This document shows positions 51,701-59,306 of a stretch of 64,000 nt of DNA, one piece after another. The notes below the pieces were generated by a model. It ran no database searches. It was not told where the DNA came from and was given only the letters and a program-made list of their open reading frames with translations. The translations under genes and the position numbers were made by a program. This DNA is from a virus. Its lineage: Duplodnaviria; Caudoviricetes. Where the stretch lies: positions 27,823 through 91,822 of IMG/VR virus record IMGVR_UViG_3300021255_004321; one strand, written 5' to 3'. Position 1 is the first letter of the stretch; the number at the start of each line of letters is the position of its first letter.

Positions 51701-54463
51701 GATACTATTCAGCCTCTTGAAGAAGCTTCTGCTCTCAAATCATTTATTGAAAATGTTGAAGGTGTATGGGGCTCAACTGACAACAAGTTCTCTGCATTCA
51801 ATGTTCGCTTTGAATTGAAAAAGATTAGTGAAACAAAAGAGACAGTAGTTGAAGAAGAGCAAGAAGTTGAAAAAGTAAAAGATATTACATACGGCTTGTA
51901 TGATAATAAATACGGATGCTTTGTTCTTAAGACACGCCGCTACATTGATGGTTTGTTCATTTTGCCTTATACATTCTATAACGGCGGAACAGGCATCACA
52001 ATTATAGCTGACCCAACAGTTGAGTATAAAGATGACGGTAATGAGAACATTGCAACTATGATTGGCGACGGCCGTCACTCATCAGGTATTTACTATCACC
52101 CAATGGGATACGGTGGTTTGAGAAACAACACATCAATTACTGACCGTACACCTTGGGATAGAGACCCAGCTGCATTTGAAAACAGATTGCTTAAGAACTC
52201 TCTCGGTAATTATGTTTACTTGACAGATGGTGTAGGAAACTTAATTGATGTTTACAACTCTATCAAGATTGCAGACGGCACAGAACATATCAATTATGAT
52301 GACTTCTTAGATGTTGGTTACAATTATGTTAAGCACGGTAAGACTCTTGAAGAATGTTACTCTGAAGGACACGATGCAAAGTTCTTCAAACTTTACAAAC
52401 TTAATGAAACAGACTTCCGCATTGTGCCATCTTTGACAAAGATTAAGTCAGGTTCAAAGTTCAATATAAGAGTATTCAACAATGCTCAAGCTTGTTGGTT
52501 TGAAACACCTTATAAGGGCGACTTATATGATGAGAACGGACAGGATGTAGGTAACATATCTGTAGATGTTAATGGAGTTGCTACAGTTGGAGAATTGGAC
52601 ACAGCTTCAAAAGTTCACTTCGAGATGCCTGTATCATTCTCTTATGAAAAGGTTGAAGGAAAAGACCCAGCAACAGGTAAAGAGACTGTTACATTTGAGT
52701 TTGATGTTGAAGGCAACACAATCAATGCTTATGCTGAAATCATATCAGAAAAGCCTATTATATTCCATAAGTCAGAAAATGGATATATGGCAATTACTGA
52801 TGTTGGAGTAAACGGTAACATTACTGCACAATATCAATTTAAGGCTTTTGATGATGTCAATGAAATTAAAGATACTACATTACTTAATTGTAGTGTAACA
52901 AGTGGCCACTTAACTTATAATAAAGACCACTTCGTTCTTGACCTTACTTTAGGTATGAGTGAGTTTAAGGATGTTACAATATCTTATAATGGTCTCGAAA
53001 TTTACAGATTGCCAATCTTTGCAATTGATGATGAAATCTTCTTACTTGAAAAAGATGATGGTACTTTCGATTACTACATAGGTGATGCTAAGTTGAGTCC
53101 TGAGTTTGATACTTTCAGAAAGAACATTGAAAACTTTAAGTATACAAAAATTGATAAAGGAAGCACACCTCTTACTTATGGTATGGAAAAACAACTTGAA
53201 GGAATTGAAAAAGGCGATATTATCATCGGTCTAAGAGGTAAGTCAATTTCAAAGGCACCAAAGTATAAGAACTTCAGTGACTTAATCTACTACGAAGGTG
53301 TATTCATCTACAAAGACGTTTTCTACACACAAGATAATTGCAATTGTATTAAAAACATTAAGATTGAAAGTGTTGCTTCAGACAACTCTTCATTCAAATT
53401 GCAAAACACTTTCACAGGTAAACTTGAAAAGTATAATGATGATAAAGAACACTACTTCTTGTTCAGACTTCTCACAATTGCTCATCAAACAACAAAGCCT
53501 GAGAATATGAACAACCCAGATCATTATTACTTATTGAGCTTGGACGAAATGACAACATATCCTCCTGACAGAGTTTGGTTCAATCCTAAGGGTTCTCCAA
53601 AGCCTCCTGTAAAAGTAGGTAATGAAATCTTCAACAGCGAAAACAACTACGCATATTATGACGAAGAATACATCAATGCAAATGATTATAAGATTCGTCT
53701 TTGTAATGAAGAGGGCCGCTATGTAAATTACGATTCATACGGAAACGAGTATTGCCTTGATGATGGCGACGGTGACTGTTCTAAATATGTTTACACAGGC
53801 TTTGATGGAAGATATGTTTCTCCTAAACCCGTAAATGCAACTTGTCAGGAATGGTACAAGAATAACATTTGGTCTAAGAACAAAGAAGTTAACCCTCTTT
53901 GGCAAATTATCAATGTTAAGTCTAACATCAAGAACAAGAGATGGGTTCAAAGTGTTACACTCAACAAGTATACAAAATCAGGTGACAATCAGATTATGAC
54001 AACTGATGTTGAGTACCCATACGTTTCAGTTAAGGACATTACAAAGATTTATGTTAAAGACGATGTAATTTACTTCCTTGACCAAGCAGAGAACTTCGAT
54101 ATTGAAAAAGGTGAACTTCAATTGCTCTTGTCTGACGGTTCAAATTATTACACTGACAACGATGACTTCACAATGTATGGTTTGCACTTCAGTTCAAGAC
54201 AATATAAGAAGAATGTTGGGAATGCAAGAACACAATCAACATTGCAGGCATCTTACACAATCAATACTTTGAGAGACTTTGCTATCAATGTTCAGGAAAA
54301 CAACACAATCGCTGAAATCACAGAGCTTGGTATCTTTGATAAGAATCATAAATTGATTGCTTATGCAAACTTCCCACCTGTAGAATATAGAACTGATATA
54401 CAACACGCTGCATTTACTTGCATTGTATATCACGGAAATATGGCAAAAACAGATGAGGACTAA
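42731..54463 (+). CDS. giant 3910-aa baseplate wedge/tail-fibre attachment protein
   Basis: Uninterrupted ORF; 'RRKFFGSTLGY', 'YVQIGTGG', Asp-box 'YSDDAGKTF', C-terminal 'EITELGIFDKNHKLIAYANFPPV'. Confidence 0.7.
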   Translation: MYTSNSEFDLETRVQITNEVPAVRTFQQMHHSLQNETWKWLIGTEDVDYDLPVGGKYIEGVDADGNPETRELIAPPVKIVNGKQAASYGPSKSEKWNPDTESYEEYVPKFHRTEINGTLTVEQDLFLHEIYRYLNCIYPDHPDWLNLLTRNEVLDAFNNAAAMVDYKPNNEFFKLVADSIGDVDGSEEFKLNLRNLTSNAARRKFFGSTLGYRMTGHDAYEDIMVFPIGKNLTIAPMMGTDSGKTNSNGDVLYKPSEIPVKNYIIDTFDERYQTLFRRIDFNGDSRDTSFVSSNSVILPAYTLPGYEDFVFEFVSSKDGYSTLQDHKIYKENDFSFFTNHNEDIVGSIANLKQYNVIEPKITTIDDKSYVEYVSSDDKVYGFQLSALSKPSYLKLYKYKTIDELEQFQKDHNLDTTNIKNWDMSFGADGKANRTKAFFSEYLRPLFHYCAGFDALKGYESLRDTVDYAYNSIVKNTIVLPPEEMIKLYGETEFDEGVTVNKASPELVGTSLEKGDFISFDDASMKSTTTYEVVGASWGVLEATFHHDKNISDYLAIKNYSPFDELNDTVVSDDNSAVVVQNRDGDYIVLHGSLRCFWKTMTQGPFTASYLDSIRFVVKAIPETKSEQLFRTLYGDDSFKLIDEINEEILQYDRDMARARALIKQVENTLTDTPLETYEELSVKETLTAEEQETLDAAIAKLEEFAYSYWSDYKAAEEKVKDATEDLVKANTELARLRKNKELLLKDGVISFGYDSKVVFLGQVGDQGIYGKYQFLLDLGFVESFNLGNVSVLPIDPMNGAIPMERNYVNGDFEKTYYLAQVDQSKLIKDTSQIGQLYSNILDDDRALAFKSTIKFEVYNEKTYTVTAQVFVDKKANQVTHEMQFLTDDAKKKFESISVGSKVRGPGIGNAYVVSLGNNSLTLNTSIPKGGYLTYHFECPVTTTPNEIKDDPFNYKRVMNDLGIYDKVSFFDHGVYGTKEWPNVSAVVFDGDLRDKQILNPKTFRQVVKYLYGDKLSGNPAEYLTPSIAKYTRDVFVDIKADKLISSKNYNGHTENLMNVDWLDYIQNNNELPLAKENVNVGANVILNTDLSGYASLIKNANYTDEKLKTLFQTNNWDDTTIPAYVQIGTGGKNYKSYFKLMSDIFYPNVYGATFWDHQIEPTKGGNPEDTIDDWRTVGETKLKKRSTYSKVNTLADASSVYHTYENIDNPIFEIPLNEYNIQLKTFQNGKTYTIIDALFYEQGFKNITKKNELKISKASELYSNFIDAYPIVSDLKDSIADGIQYYYFADGSKYGEKKADLWFTKKTTAEGTTQDEVDRESREFNRYTRYDIYNGGVFGSQLYHFNTIFYDILGAGLFSDVNYLKLYNDGVLADDKDTRIKNFLDLPHNEILRRLLMLKAFYNSNSSNIDKALKYKAYIIRNVQVFNSVEEAKAAIDNEDLGIEAKNVTEYSIDDKKNGKYVITGDGTEYIVDDNWNKTFEDKLILFSYIKGAWDTKDDKPASEDDQTTSNYESNSELDKELPDFFGLKSYDTLGIFWNGTSAELINVHKNYTICTTDAIKPLPLITKTEENLYYGYFNRPIFTVYSKLRITAKQDKSASSGEGQWLAVSHDLSDWNMDLGNSFINYSYIIFNIIKLPRKYIANGSYDINLFMDPQFIGRGYKFDDYINGNKSNEIDFNISQSAIRYDRDHNTFYTIAAPVVKDADGNESFASENEKIAIKFEEQKYFKDLKFLFGSYQTSNTQFEGSTDITKEAYIKGVALQPFSISDLSTSDKFVSIQEVDLRSIYTPLLNSRVFEGTRQFSGEVYGVTDKGEYFVSGKRTQPFSRIYDKDVTTTLNDILPCRIDTNGNIIKLPKYDNVGVNFDDPNTNLVAPTYENVSLRKSIDPRYVVSDVPEFKYYKNLLVFEGLINLKKPNAIEAPVEDPSTFNLVLQMLNGGDTVEGAVCLSGGSYATHTITTNIEEKALFVAVNGSDVQVITTSGVWKNDEPINFDAVNNATFSKVEGIPELEGTITNVIWDEDLNSFVATLGRSPSIGPNETDDFGLMYYKSSVAVQLTPVPAGEKPIEVYASLFDTNVENCFRQREDGIYIWNDLSHGIPVGKIVEQDNIIETELVNPNDVAFRIYRNVENATNTKNDADKIYGIGDNKDGTHLVMKEGPYIPRVPEEGELLHRSLFSTDDIDIALMEEYIFIKSKNYLVDSENNYTRTLSTNRHWKATKLPEILDNTELFLKSHTLTGSNSVYEYVKKVYNTFASWAFKDDAIIEGETEGEVTLAGLSLDKAYKREDVEYFRNAVKDYMENKFLDYNAFKAKCKYYDENGVVENIEAEGVTIPVDSSNYTSLDTAIVKVECDTGLPLDENFRIDTDKSYKISGTTLDFVIQSKVAQNYVNFDEMYYQYATIVMKYLIGEVESENFGTTCITDVKSSGNRFFFKTFNDDFFYIDKDKLYKYEDFSNMINWNVALMPAGTYLRGSYAKTINNFHTVTVKGSNGDDIVIPVSAKTMPIKFFRLKTDMYVSPDGKHIFFGGCTVPFPEIKKAVALAGGDDSDFIEDTLLQANLKSWMNDEENTGTAPMVLYSDDAGKTFKILPIKQFVDKSLFSNDNFEVASFKEYDDKLLAFVKKTNGGFESSQIVISFNTATGDVDTESTIYQAMSIADNGKLHTTPAGDGTLTWSDGALGFGVDIDASEMNGSGTLNFDWTGANSLTIPTGLAVKSATSNAVLLNKGFASGDIPSGKLRALFAISTKMDIPQQVQFLSSDPLKLNEYKNRTTGLFKVPTTKPVQNEALADRIYSPRYLSAIDTQDKDIIGFPRVDEDVSHTYYEYDIDENGKIGDVKPLKNTFGNEIKLCTEDGSKYVFDNVDVSEGTTVTPSMPQSLEDMIDANIDVMFAKTAGKNKVSAKSALSNISTMDIDNELTFKKNGDAYTDEHYSYTLRAFDINNNSALIKPEYNPLEIADILSCKVDFTTDEETTKAKAFDIVFGKNGENEEDTIQPLEEASALKSFIENVEGVWGSTDNKFSAFNVRFELKKISETKETVVEEEQEVEKVKDITYGLYDNKYGCFVLKTRRYIDGLFILPYTFYNGGTGITIIADPTVEYKDDGNENIATMIGDGRHSSGIYYHPMGYGGLRNNTSITDRTPWDRDPAAFENRLLKNSLGNYVYLTDGVGNLIDVYNSIKIADGTEHINYDDFLDVGYNYVKHGKTLEECYSEGHDAKFFKLYKLNETDFRIVPSLTKIKSGSKFNIRVFNNAQACWFETPYKGDLYDENGQDVGNISVDVNGVATVGELDTASKVHFEMPVSFSYEKVEGKDPATGKETVTFEFDVEGNTINAYAEIISEKPIIFHKSENGYMAITDVGVNGNITAQYQFKAFDDVNEIKDTTLLNCSVTSGHLTYNKDHFVLDLTLGMSEFKDVTISYNGLEIYRLPIFAIDDEIFLLEKDDGTFDYYIGDAKLSPEFDTFRKNIENFKYTKIDKGSTPLTYGMEKQLEGIEKGDIIIGLRGKSISKAPKYKNFSDLIYYEGVFIYKDVFYTQDNCNCIKNIKIESVASDNSSFKLQNTFTGKLEKYNDDKEHYFLFRLLTIAHQTTKPENMNNPDHYYLLSLDEMTTYPPDRVWFNPKGSPKPPVKVGNEIFNSENNYAYYDEEYINANDYKIRLCNEEGRYVNYDSYGNEYCLDDGDGDCSKYVYTGFDGRYVSPKPVNATCQEWYKNNIWSKNKEVNPLWQIINVKSNIKNKRWVQSVTLNKYTKSGDNQIMTTDVEYPYVSVKDITKIYVKDDVIYFLDQAENFDIEKGELQLLLSDGSNYYTDNDDFTMYGLHFSSRQYKKNVGNARTQSTLQASYTINTLRDFAINVQENNTIAEITELGIFDKNHKLIAYANFPPVEYRTDIQHAAFTCIVYHGNMAKTDED

Positions 54464-54470
54464 TTGATAT

Positions 54471-54740
54471 ATGATGTTGGATGTTTATGGATGTTTTGAC
54501 AAATGGTTGGAAAAGACGAAGGGTAAAATCGATCTTAAGAAAGATTATACCCTTTCGGACAACCTTATGACTTTAAGACCTGCTCTTTCAGATTTTTATA
54601 ACAATGTTTTGTTATGTTATTATGTGCCTAATGATGTTTGCTTTTACATAAATAAAACAATTGATAATCTTAACGATTTTATGAAAATCAAAAATGAAAA
54701 AGCGTTCTTAAAATATCTGCAAAAATTGAACAAAGACTAA
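54471..54740 (+). CDS. hypothetical protein
   Basis: ATG 12 nt after the start of ACTAATT. Confidence 0.55.
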   Translation: MMLDVYGCFDKWLEKTKGKIDLKKDYTLSDNLMTLRPALSDFYNNVLLCYYVPNDVCFYINKTIDNLNDFMKIKNEKAFLKYLQKLNKD

Positions 54741-54760
54741 ATATATAATTGGAGGATTTA

Positions 54761-55849
54761 ATGGCTGAACAGCAGTTAAACAACGAAGAAGTCGTTACAG
54801 CAATTGATGAGACACGCGAAGAACAGAAAATCCCTGCAGGTTATGTAACAATCGAACTTTCAACAAAAGGAAAGTTTGGTGCACCTAAAAAGTTTCATAT
54901 GCGTAACTTTGCAACAGAGGACTTGGTAGGCCTTTCGCTTTCTGATGACGATAAAGTTCAAATGAAAGTTTTGGAAATGATGCAAGATCTTATTTATGAA
55001 AAAGATGTAAAGATTGCAAATTTCCACGAGAAAGAAGTTGTTGAGACATTGGTAAGACTTTATAGAAAATTTTATCAAACAAAACTTCGTGAAGTTACTT
55101 GGGAATTGACTGACGAAGATAGAGAAGTAATTGCAACAGAGATGGGCGGCAAAGATAACCCACAGTATAAAGCTCGTATTGCTGCAATCGAAAGAGGTGA
55201 AGAAAAACCAACATTTGACATTGATTTGAATGCACTCGAATTCTATAATGTAGATGAGGCAAAAGTTACAGGTACTGCCCGCGCCACAACAGAAATTGAT
55301 GGAAAGAAGTTTGTTGTTGAATACACTTTCCCAAAATACGGTGACTCAGTTCTTCTCCGTAACTTTATGTACAACATTCCTGAGTTTAAGGAAGGCGAAA
55401 AGAAGTTCCGTGCAATCCGCGAAAATGTAAAGTTCCGTCAAAGAATGGAGCAGCAGTGGGAAGAAGGTAAAAATGTTGACCTTACAAGAATCCCAAGATT
55501 CTCAGAACAGGATATGGATGCTTTCAAAGAGTATGAGGAAAAGAAGGCACGTTTTGCAACAAAATGTGTTAAAGCTCTTCACTTGAAGACAATTGATGGC
55601 GAAGACGTTTCAAGTTTACCTCTTGAAGAAAGATTGAAGTATGCAGATGACCCTCGCCTTGACCACAACACCTTCGCTCAGATTAACAAAGTATATGATG
55701 AGATGAAGATTGGTGTGAATGAAAACATCAAAGCGGTAGACCCATTCACAAGGAAGGTGACAGAAATCAAGTATCCCTTTCGAGTATTTACTCTTCTTCA
55801 GACCTTACGCGATAACAAGTCTGATGGAACTTCTATTGAGTTTGTCTAA
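54761..55849 (+). CDS. T4 gp26-like baseplate hub/tail assembly chaperone
   Basis: 'IELSTKGKF...MRNFATED', 'FPKYGD'; SD GGAGG before ATG 54761. Confidence 0.65.
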   Translation: MAEQQLNNEEVVTAIDETREEQKIPAGYVTIELSTKGKFGAPKKFHMRNFATEDLVGLSLSDDDKVQMKVLEMMQDLIYEKDVKIANFHEKEVVETLVRLYRKFYQTKLREVTWELTDEDREVIATEMGGKDNPQYKARIAAIERGEEKPTFDIDLNALEFYNVDEAKVTGTARATTEIDGKKFVVEYTFPKYGDSVLLRNFMYNIPEFKEGEKKFRAIRENVKFRQRMEQQWEEGKNVDLTRIPRFSEQDMDAFKEYEEKKARFATKCVKALHLKTIDGEDVSSLPLEERLKYADDPRLDHNTFAQINKVYDEMKIGVNENIKAVDPFTRKVTEIKYPFRVFTLLQTLRDNKSDGTSIEFV

Positions 55850-56030
55850 GGAAACAAGCAATACCGTTGCGGAGATGATGAAGATGCCTTCTCACTTCGT
55901 AATTGGTATGTATAACGCTTTGCGTAAGATTCTTGAAAAAGAGGCAAAAGCAAGAGAAGAGGCAGAGAAGAAGGCAAACAAAAACATTAAAGCGCCTTCA
56001 ATGCCGCACATAAATATGCCAAAGTTTTAA
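55782..56030 (+). CDS. gp51-like chaperone extension, probably reached by a +1 frameshift (alternative own ATG at 55824)
   Basis: +1 frame open from 55761: EYLLFFRPYAITSLMELLLSLSKE...EMMKMP; no SD before 55824. Confidence 0.6.
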   Translation, partial: EYLLFFRPYAITSLMELLLSLSKETSNTVAEMMKMPSHFVIGMYNALRKILEKEAKAREEAEKKANKNIKAPSMPHINMPKF

Positions 56031-56037
56031 AATAAGC

Positions 56038-56065
56038 AGGACGGCTCAAAAGACCGTCCTTTTTT
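56038..56065 (+). terminator. intrinsic terminator
   Basis: AGGACGG-CTCAAAAGA-CCGTCCT-TTTTT. Confidence 0.8.
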
Positions 56066-56078
56066 GTGACTAATTGAT

Positions 56079-56288
56079 ATGGGTATGGAGTGGTACTCTC
56101 AAGGGAAAAAAGAAAATAATGTTGTAGACCCTTGGGAAAATGTAACTGAAATGTGTGATGTTTGTGGAAAAGATATACCTGTAAGAGAAACTCAAAGAGT
56201 TGTTTGGTTCTCTCCTACAGGTACTAGGTATGTTATAAGAAAACATCCTTCTTGTGATCCAATGCAAATAATACAATACTTACATTAG
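56079..56288 (+). CDS. small Zn-binding hypothetical protein
   Basis: CDVCG...HPSC; ATG 10 nt after the start of ACTAATT. Confidence 0.6.
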   Translation: MGMEWYSQGKKENNVVDPWENVTEMCDVCGKDIPVRETQRVVWFSPTGTRYVIRKHPSCDPMQIIQYLH

Positions 56289-56911
56289 TCTTTTATGATA
56301 CGACGTGCAGGAGCTTCTGACCTTCTTTCTTCTTCTGACATCCAATCCAAAACAAGTTCACCCTGTTCATCGAACTTACAATCATAATAAGCTCTTGATG
56401 CCATATAATCAGCATAATGCAAAACCCATTCGTCAAACTTTCTTGGCTGTTCGTTTTCAAACCCAGGCATCTGTCTTGATGTTATCCAAATACCTTGATG
56501 TGCAGCAATTAAACGTCCGATTGTTTCAAAGCCGTGTTCTTTACAATAATCACCGCCAAGCTTTGGGTGGTCGAAAGCAGTAAACTCGTGGTCTCTTCCT
56601 TCAGGATACTTCCACATATCGTGCAAGATTGCAGCAGCAACCAATTCATCTTTTTCACTTTCAACTGCAGGTGTTGCACGAACTAAGTCAAGAACATTTC
56701 TTACAACAACTTTAATGTGGCGGATAAGTCCCCCTTCACCTGAAGCAAACTTAGGATGGTATTTACCTGTTGATGATGCAGGCTTGATACGATGGTCTGG
56801 GTGGACATCGTCAAGGGTCTTACGAACAAAGTTGGCAATCTCGATGTTATCAATTTGAGCAACTTCGTAAGCAAGCAATTCATTTAATGTTCGATCTTTG
56901 TAGTTAACCAT
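56285..56911 (-). CDS. HD-domain hydrolase (YhaM-like subfamily)
   Basis: PASSTGKYH...GGLIRH...ILHDMWK...DHP...AHQG...LHYADYMAS; start ATG 56911 after GAGGGG. Confidence 0.85.
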   Translation of the reverse strand: MVNYKDRTLNELLAYEVAQIDNIEIANFVRKTLDDVHPDHRIKPASSTGKYHPKFASGEGGLIRHIKVVVRNVLDLVRATPAVESEKDELVAAAILHDMWKYPEGRDHEFTAFDHPKLGGDYCKEHGFETIGRLIAAHQGIWITSRQMPGFENEQPRKFDEWVLHYADYMASRAYYDCKFDEQGELVLDWMSEEERRSEAPARRIIKD

Positions 56912-57185
56912 TTGTCCCCTCGAAAAACTTAAACAAAGTTTCATTTGCATCCATCAACAAATCTTCTTTTGTCTTTTTGCTTTTGGCTCTTCTTTTCAAG
57001 TTGGCGGCCATTACCATAACCGCGCCTTTTTCTTCTTTCAAAATTGGGTCGATACGATTTACTAAATCATCCTGCAACTCCTGAAGAGTTGCCTTCTGAT
57101 ACTTCGTACCGCCCCACGCAGACATAAATGCCTCGATAGCTTTTGAAAGAGGATTGTTCCCTTGAGGAATATCTGCTTTTTTCAT
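56904..57185 (-). CDS. hypothetical protein
   Basis: 93-aa ORF within the dnaX operon, SD GAGG. Confidence 0.6.
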   Translation of the reverse strand: MKKADIPQGNNPLSKAIEAFMSAWGGTKYQKATLQELQDDLVNRIDPILKEEKGAVMVMAANLKRRAKSKKTKEDLLMDANETLFKFFEGTNG

Positions 57186-57189
57186 AAGC

Positions 57190-58497
57190 TTACCTCTGAA
57201 TAATTCTTCTTCCTACAGGAGCTGCAGGCTGAGGAGTAGCCGCAGGTGCAGGTGAAGACTCAACAATTCTCTGAGGAGTTGTTGACACTGACTCTCCACG
57301 ACAAGCTGAAATGATTTTTGTCATTCCAAGAATGTATGAAGCTTTTGTGCTGTAAATGGAATTATCTTTGTAAAACTCCATAAACAGGTCGCGAACTTTT
57401 GCATAATTCTTATGCGCAATCAACGGCTTAATCTGAGCAATTGTATGGTTCATCTGCCAATCAGACATCGTTTTGGCATCAGCCTTGCTTTTTGAAACAG
57501 AGTCAAACAATGAAATGAGCTCGTCATCGACTTGGTCTTTTTTCTTTCCGTTACCGTTGTATTCGTTAAGGTGTCCAAAGAGTCGATATGTTTCAGCGTT
57601 CGCAATTGCAAGCACTGACAACCTTATCATTCCATCGTAATCATTTACATTGAGAAGTGTTTCAAACAATTCATCTGACTTTTCACCATCAAGTAAACGA
57701 AGAAGTGTTGCATAGAAGTCCTCTATATTTGCAACACCGAAGTTGGCCTTGATTTCTTCAAGGTCATAAGTCTCTGTCTCAACACACTGCTGTAAAGTCA
57801 TTACTGCCTTTCTCAAAGACTGTTCTGAACTTTCAGCAATCATCTTAAGACCGTAAGTTTTGAATTCAGTTGATGCCTCAATTCCCTGAGACTTTACAAT
57901 TGAATACAAATATTTTATGATGTCAATTGTTGTAAGATTTGGATATTTGAAAACCATACAGCGGTTCATTAAAGCCTTTACCGCTGCTGCAGAGCTTTCT
58001 GCTCCACCTGCCATTGAAGTCATAGCAGTGAATATGAAATGAACATTGTCGCGTTTTGTTTCAAGCATCTTCAAAAGAGACGCTTTACAAGCTGAAGAAC
58101 AGTTCTGTACTTCATCGATAATTACAACTTTTTTCTTATCGCGCATAGGTGCTGTCAAAGTAAATGACTCAAGCTGTTCTTTAATCTTTGCAGAATCATC
58201 ACGGGCACCATCAAGATTGATAACGTCTCTTGACCAAGTTTCATTTATGATTGCCTTACAAGAAGGACATTCACAACAAGGTTCTCCTTCAGGTGTCAAG
58301 TTGGTACAAACCATCATCTGGGCAATAATCTTTGCCGCAGTTGTCTTACCTGTTCCTGTTGTTCCCTGAAGCATAATGCCTACAGGCCAATCACCTTTCT
58401 TGGCAGCCTTATAAGCAAAAGTCTTTAACTTGTCGAGACCGTAAACCTGTGAAAATTTTGTAGGTCTTAAAGCAATAGACCAATTTATGTTTCCCAT
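57190..58497 (-). CDS. dnaX: DNA polymerase III gamma/tau-like clamp-loader ATPase
   Basis: LRPTKFSQVYG, Walker A GTTGTGKTT, Zn module PCCECPSC, Walker B IIDEVQ, LLKMLE, NRC, SLRKA. Confidence 0.9.
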   Translation of the reverse strand: MGNINWSIALRPTKFSQVYGLDKLKTFAYKAAKKGDWPVGIMLQGTTGTGKTTAAKIIAQMMVCTNLTPEGEPCCECPSCKAIINETWSRDVINLDGARDDSAKIKEQLESFTLTAPMRDKKKVVIIDEVQNCSSACKASLLKMLETKRDNVHFIFTAMTSMAGGAESSAAAVKALMNRCMVFKYPNLTTIDIIKYLYSIVKSQGIEASTEFKTYGLKMIAESSEQSLRKAVMTLQQCVETETYDLEEIKANFGVANIEDFYATLLRLLDGEKSDELFETLLNVNDYDGMIRLSVLAIANAETYRLFGHLNEYNGNGKKKDQVDDELISLFDSVSKSKADAKTMSDWQMNHTIAQIKPLIAHKNYAKVRDLFMEFYKDNSIYSTKASYILGMTKIISACRGESVSTTPQRIVESSPAPAATPQPAAPVGRRIIQR

Positions 58498-58523
58498 CTT
58501 ATACCTCTATAAATAACATTAAC

Positions 58524-58541
58524 AGCAGGCCGAAGCCTGCT
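58524..58541 (-). terminator. UUCG hairpin, possible weak terminator
   Basis: AGCAGGC-TTCG-GCCTGCT with a poor U tract. Confidence 0.5.
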
Positions 58542-58546
58542 ATCAA

Positions 58547-59269
58547 TTATTTATTCTTGTTGTCCTCGTCGATCTTGTTCATCAACTCTTCGACTTTTTT
58601 GAGCCAATCTTTACGCTCTTTCTTTGTCTTTGCTGATTTTGCAAGCATCAAGTACTGCCAAATATGTACTTCATCGAAGTTTGGCTGGGCAAGAGGTTCC
58701 TTACCGCGGGAATAAGAGAACTCTTCAGGACAGAAGTAGCGCTTTACGCGATTCTTGAAATGTTCGAACTGAAGTTCATCTGATGACTTCAAGTAAGGCG
58801 ACTTGCTTTCCATCTCAATGTCGTTGCCTTTGTCACGGTTTTCGATGGCGCGGCGGAGAGCGATTGCCTGACCGATTACAGAGTGAGGATACTTTTCGTT
58901 TTCTGAAACATATGTAAAGCCACTGAAAATTGTTTTACCATCTGCTCCGAGAACTGCTGCAAGATAACCGTAAGGACGGCCACGAGTTGTCTGAACAAAC
59001 TCTGACCCGTCAACAGTCGACACTTTCTTTCCGATATAACCTGAACGGAATGTGTCTGTTGCGAAGCGTTCTTTTGCTGCAATTTCTGCAATATAGTCGC
59101 GGCTTTCTTTCAACTGAATTGCGGCCATCTTGAGCTCGTCAATCTCTTCTTTTGTAAGAGCCGAGTTTTTCTTTGCAAACTCTTCATCGGTAATTCCTTC
59201 ACGAATTGCCTTTTCTGCCTGACGAAGTGTCAAGCGTGTCTTAGGAACATACTTTGTACCTTTTCCCAT
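58547..59269 (-). CDS. hypothetical protein
   Basis: 240-aa ORF with SD AAGGAG. Confidence 0.7.
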   Translation of the reverse strand: MGKGTKYVPKTRLTLRQAEKAIREGITDEEFAKKNSALTKEEIDELKMAAIQLKESRDYIAEIAAKERFATDTFRSGYIGKKVSTVDGSEFVQTTRGRPYGYLAAVLGADGKTIFSGFTYVSENEKYPHSVIGQAIALRRAIENRDKGNDIEMESKSPYLKSSDELQFEHFKNRVKRYFCPEEFSYSRGKEPLAQPNFDEVHIWQYLMLAKSAKTKKERKDWLKKVEELMNKIDEDNKNK

Positions 59270-59306
59270 TTTTATCTCCTTTGAGGTTTCTTGACAAACC
59301 TCTTTT

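Noticed and set aside
57535-57552. AAAAAAG in dnaX as an E. coli-like gamma/tau -1 frameshift site
   Set aside because: Phase is AAA_AAA_G rather than A_AAA_AAG, and no downstream hairpin was seen
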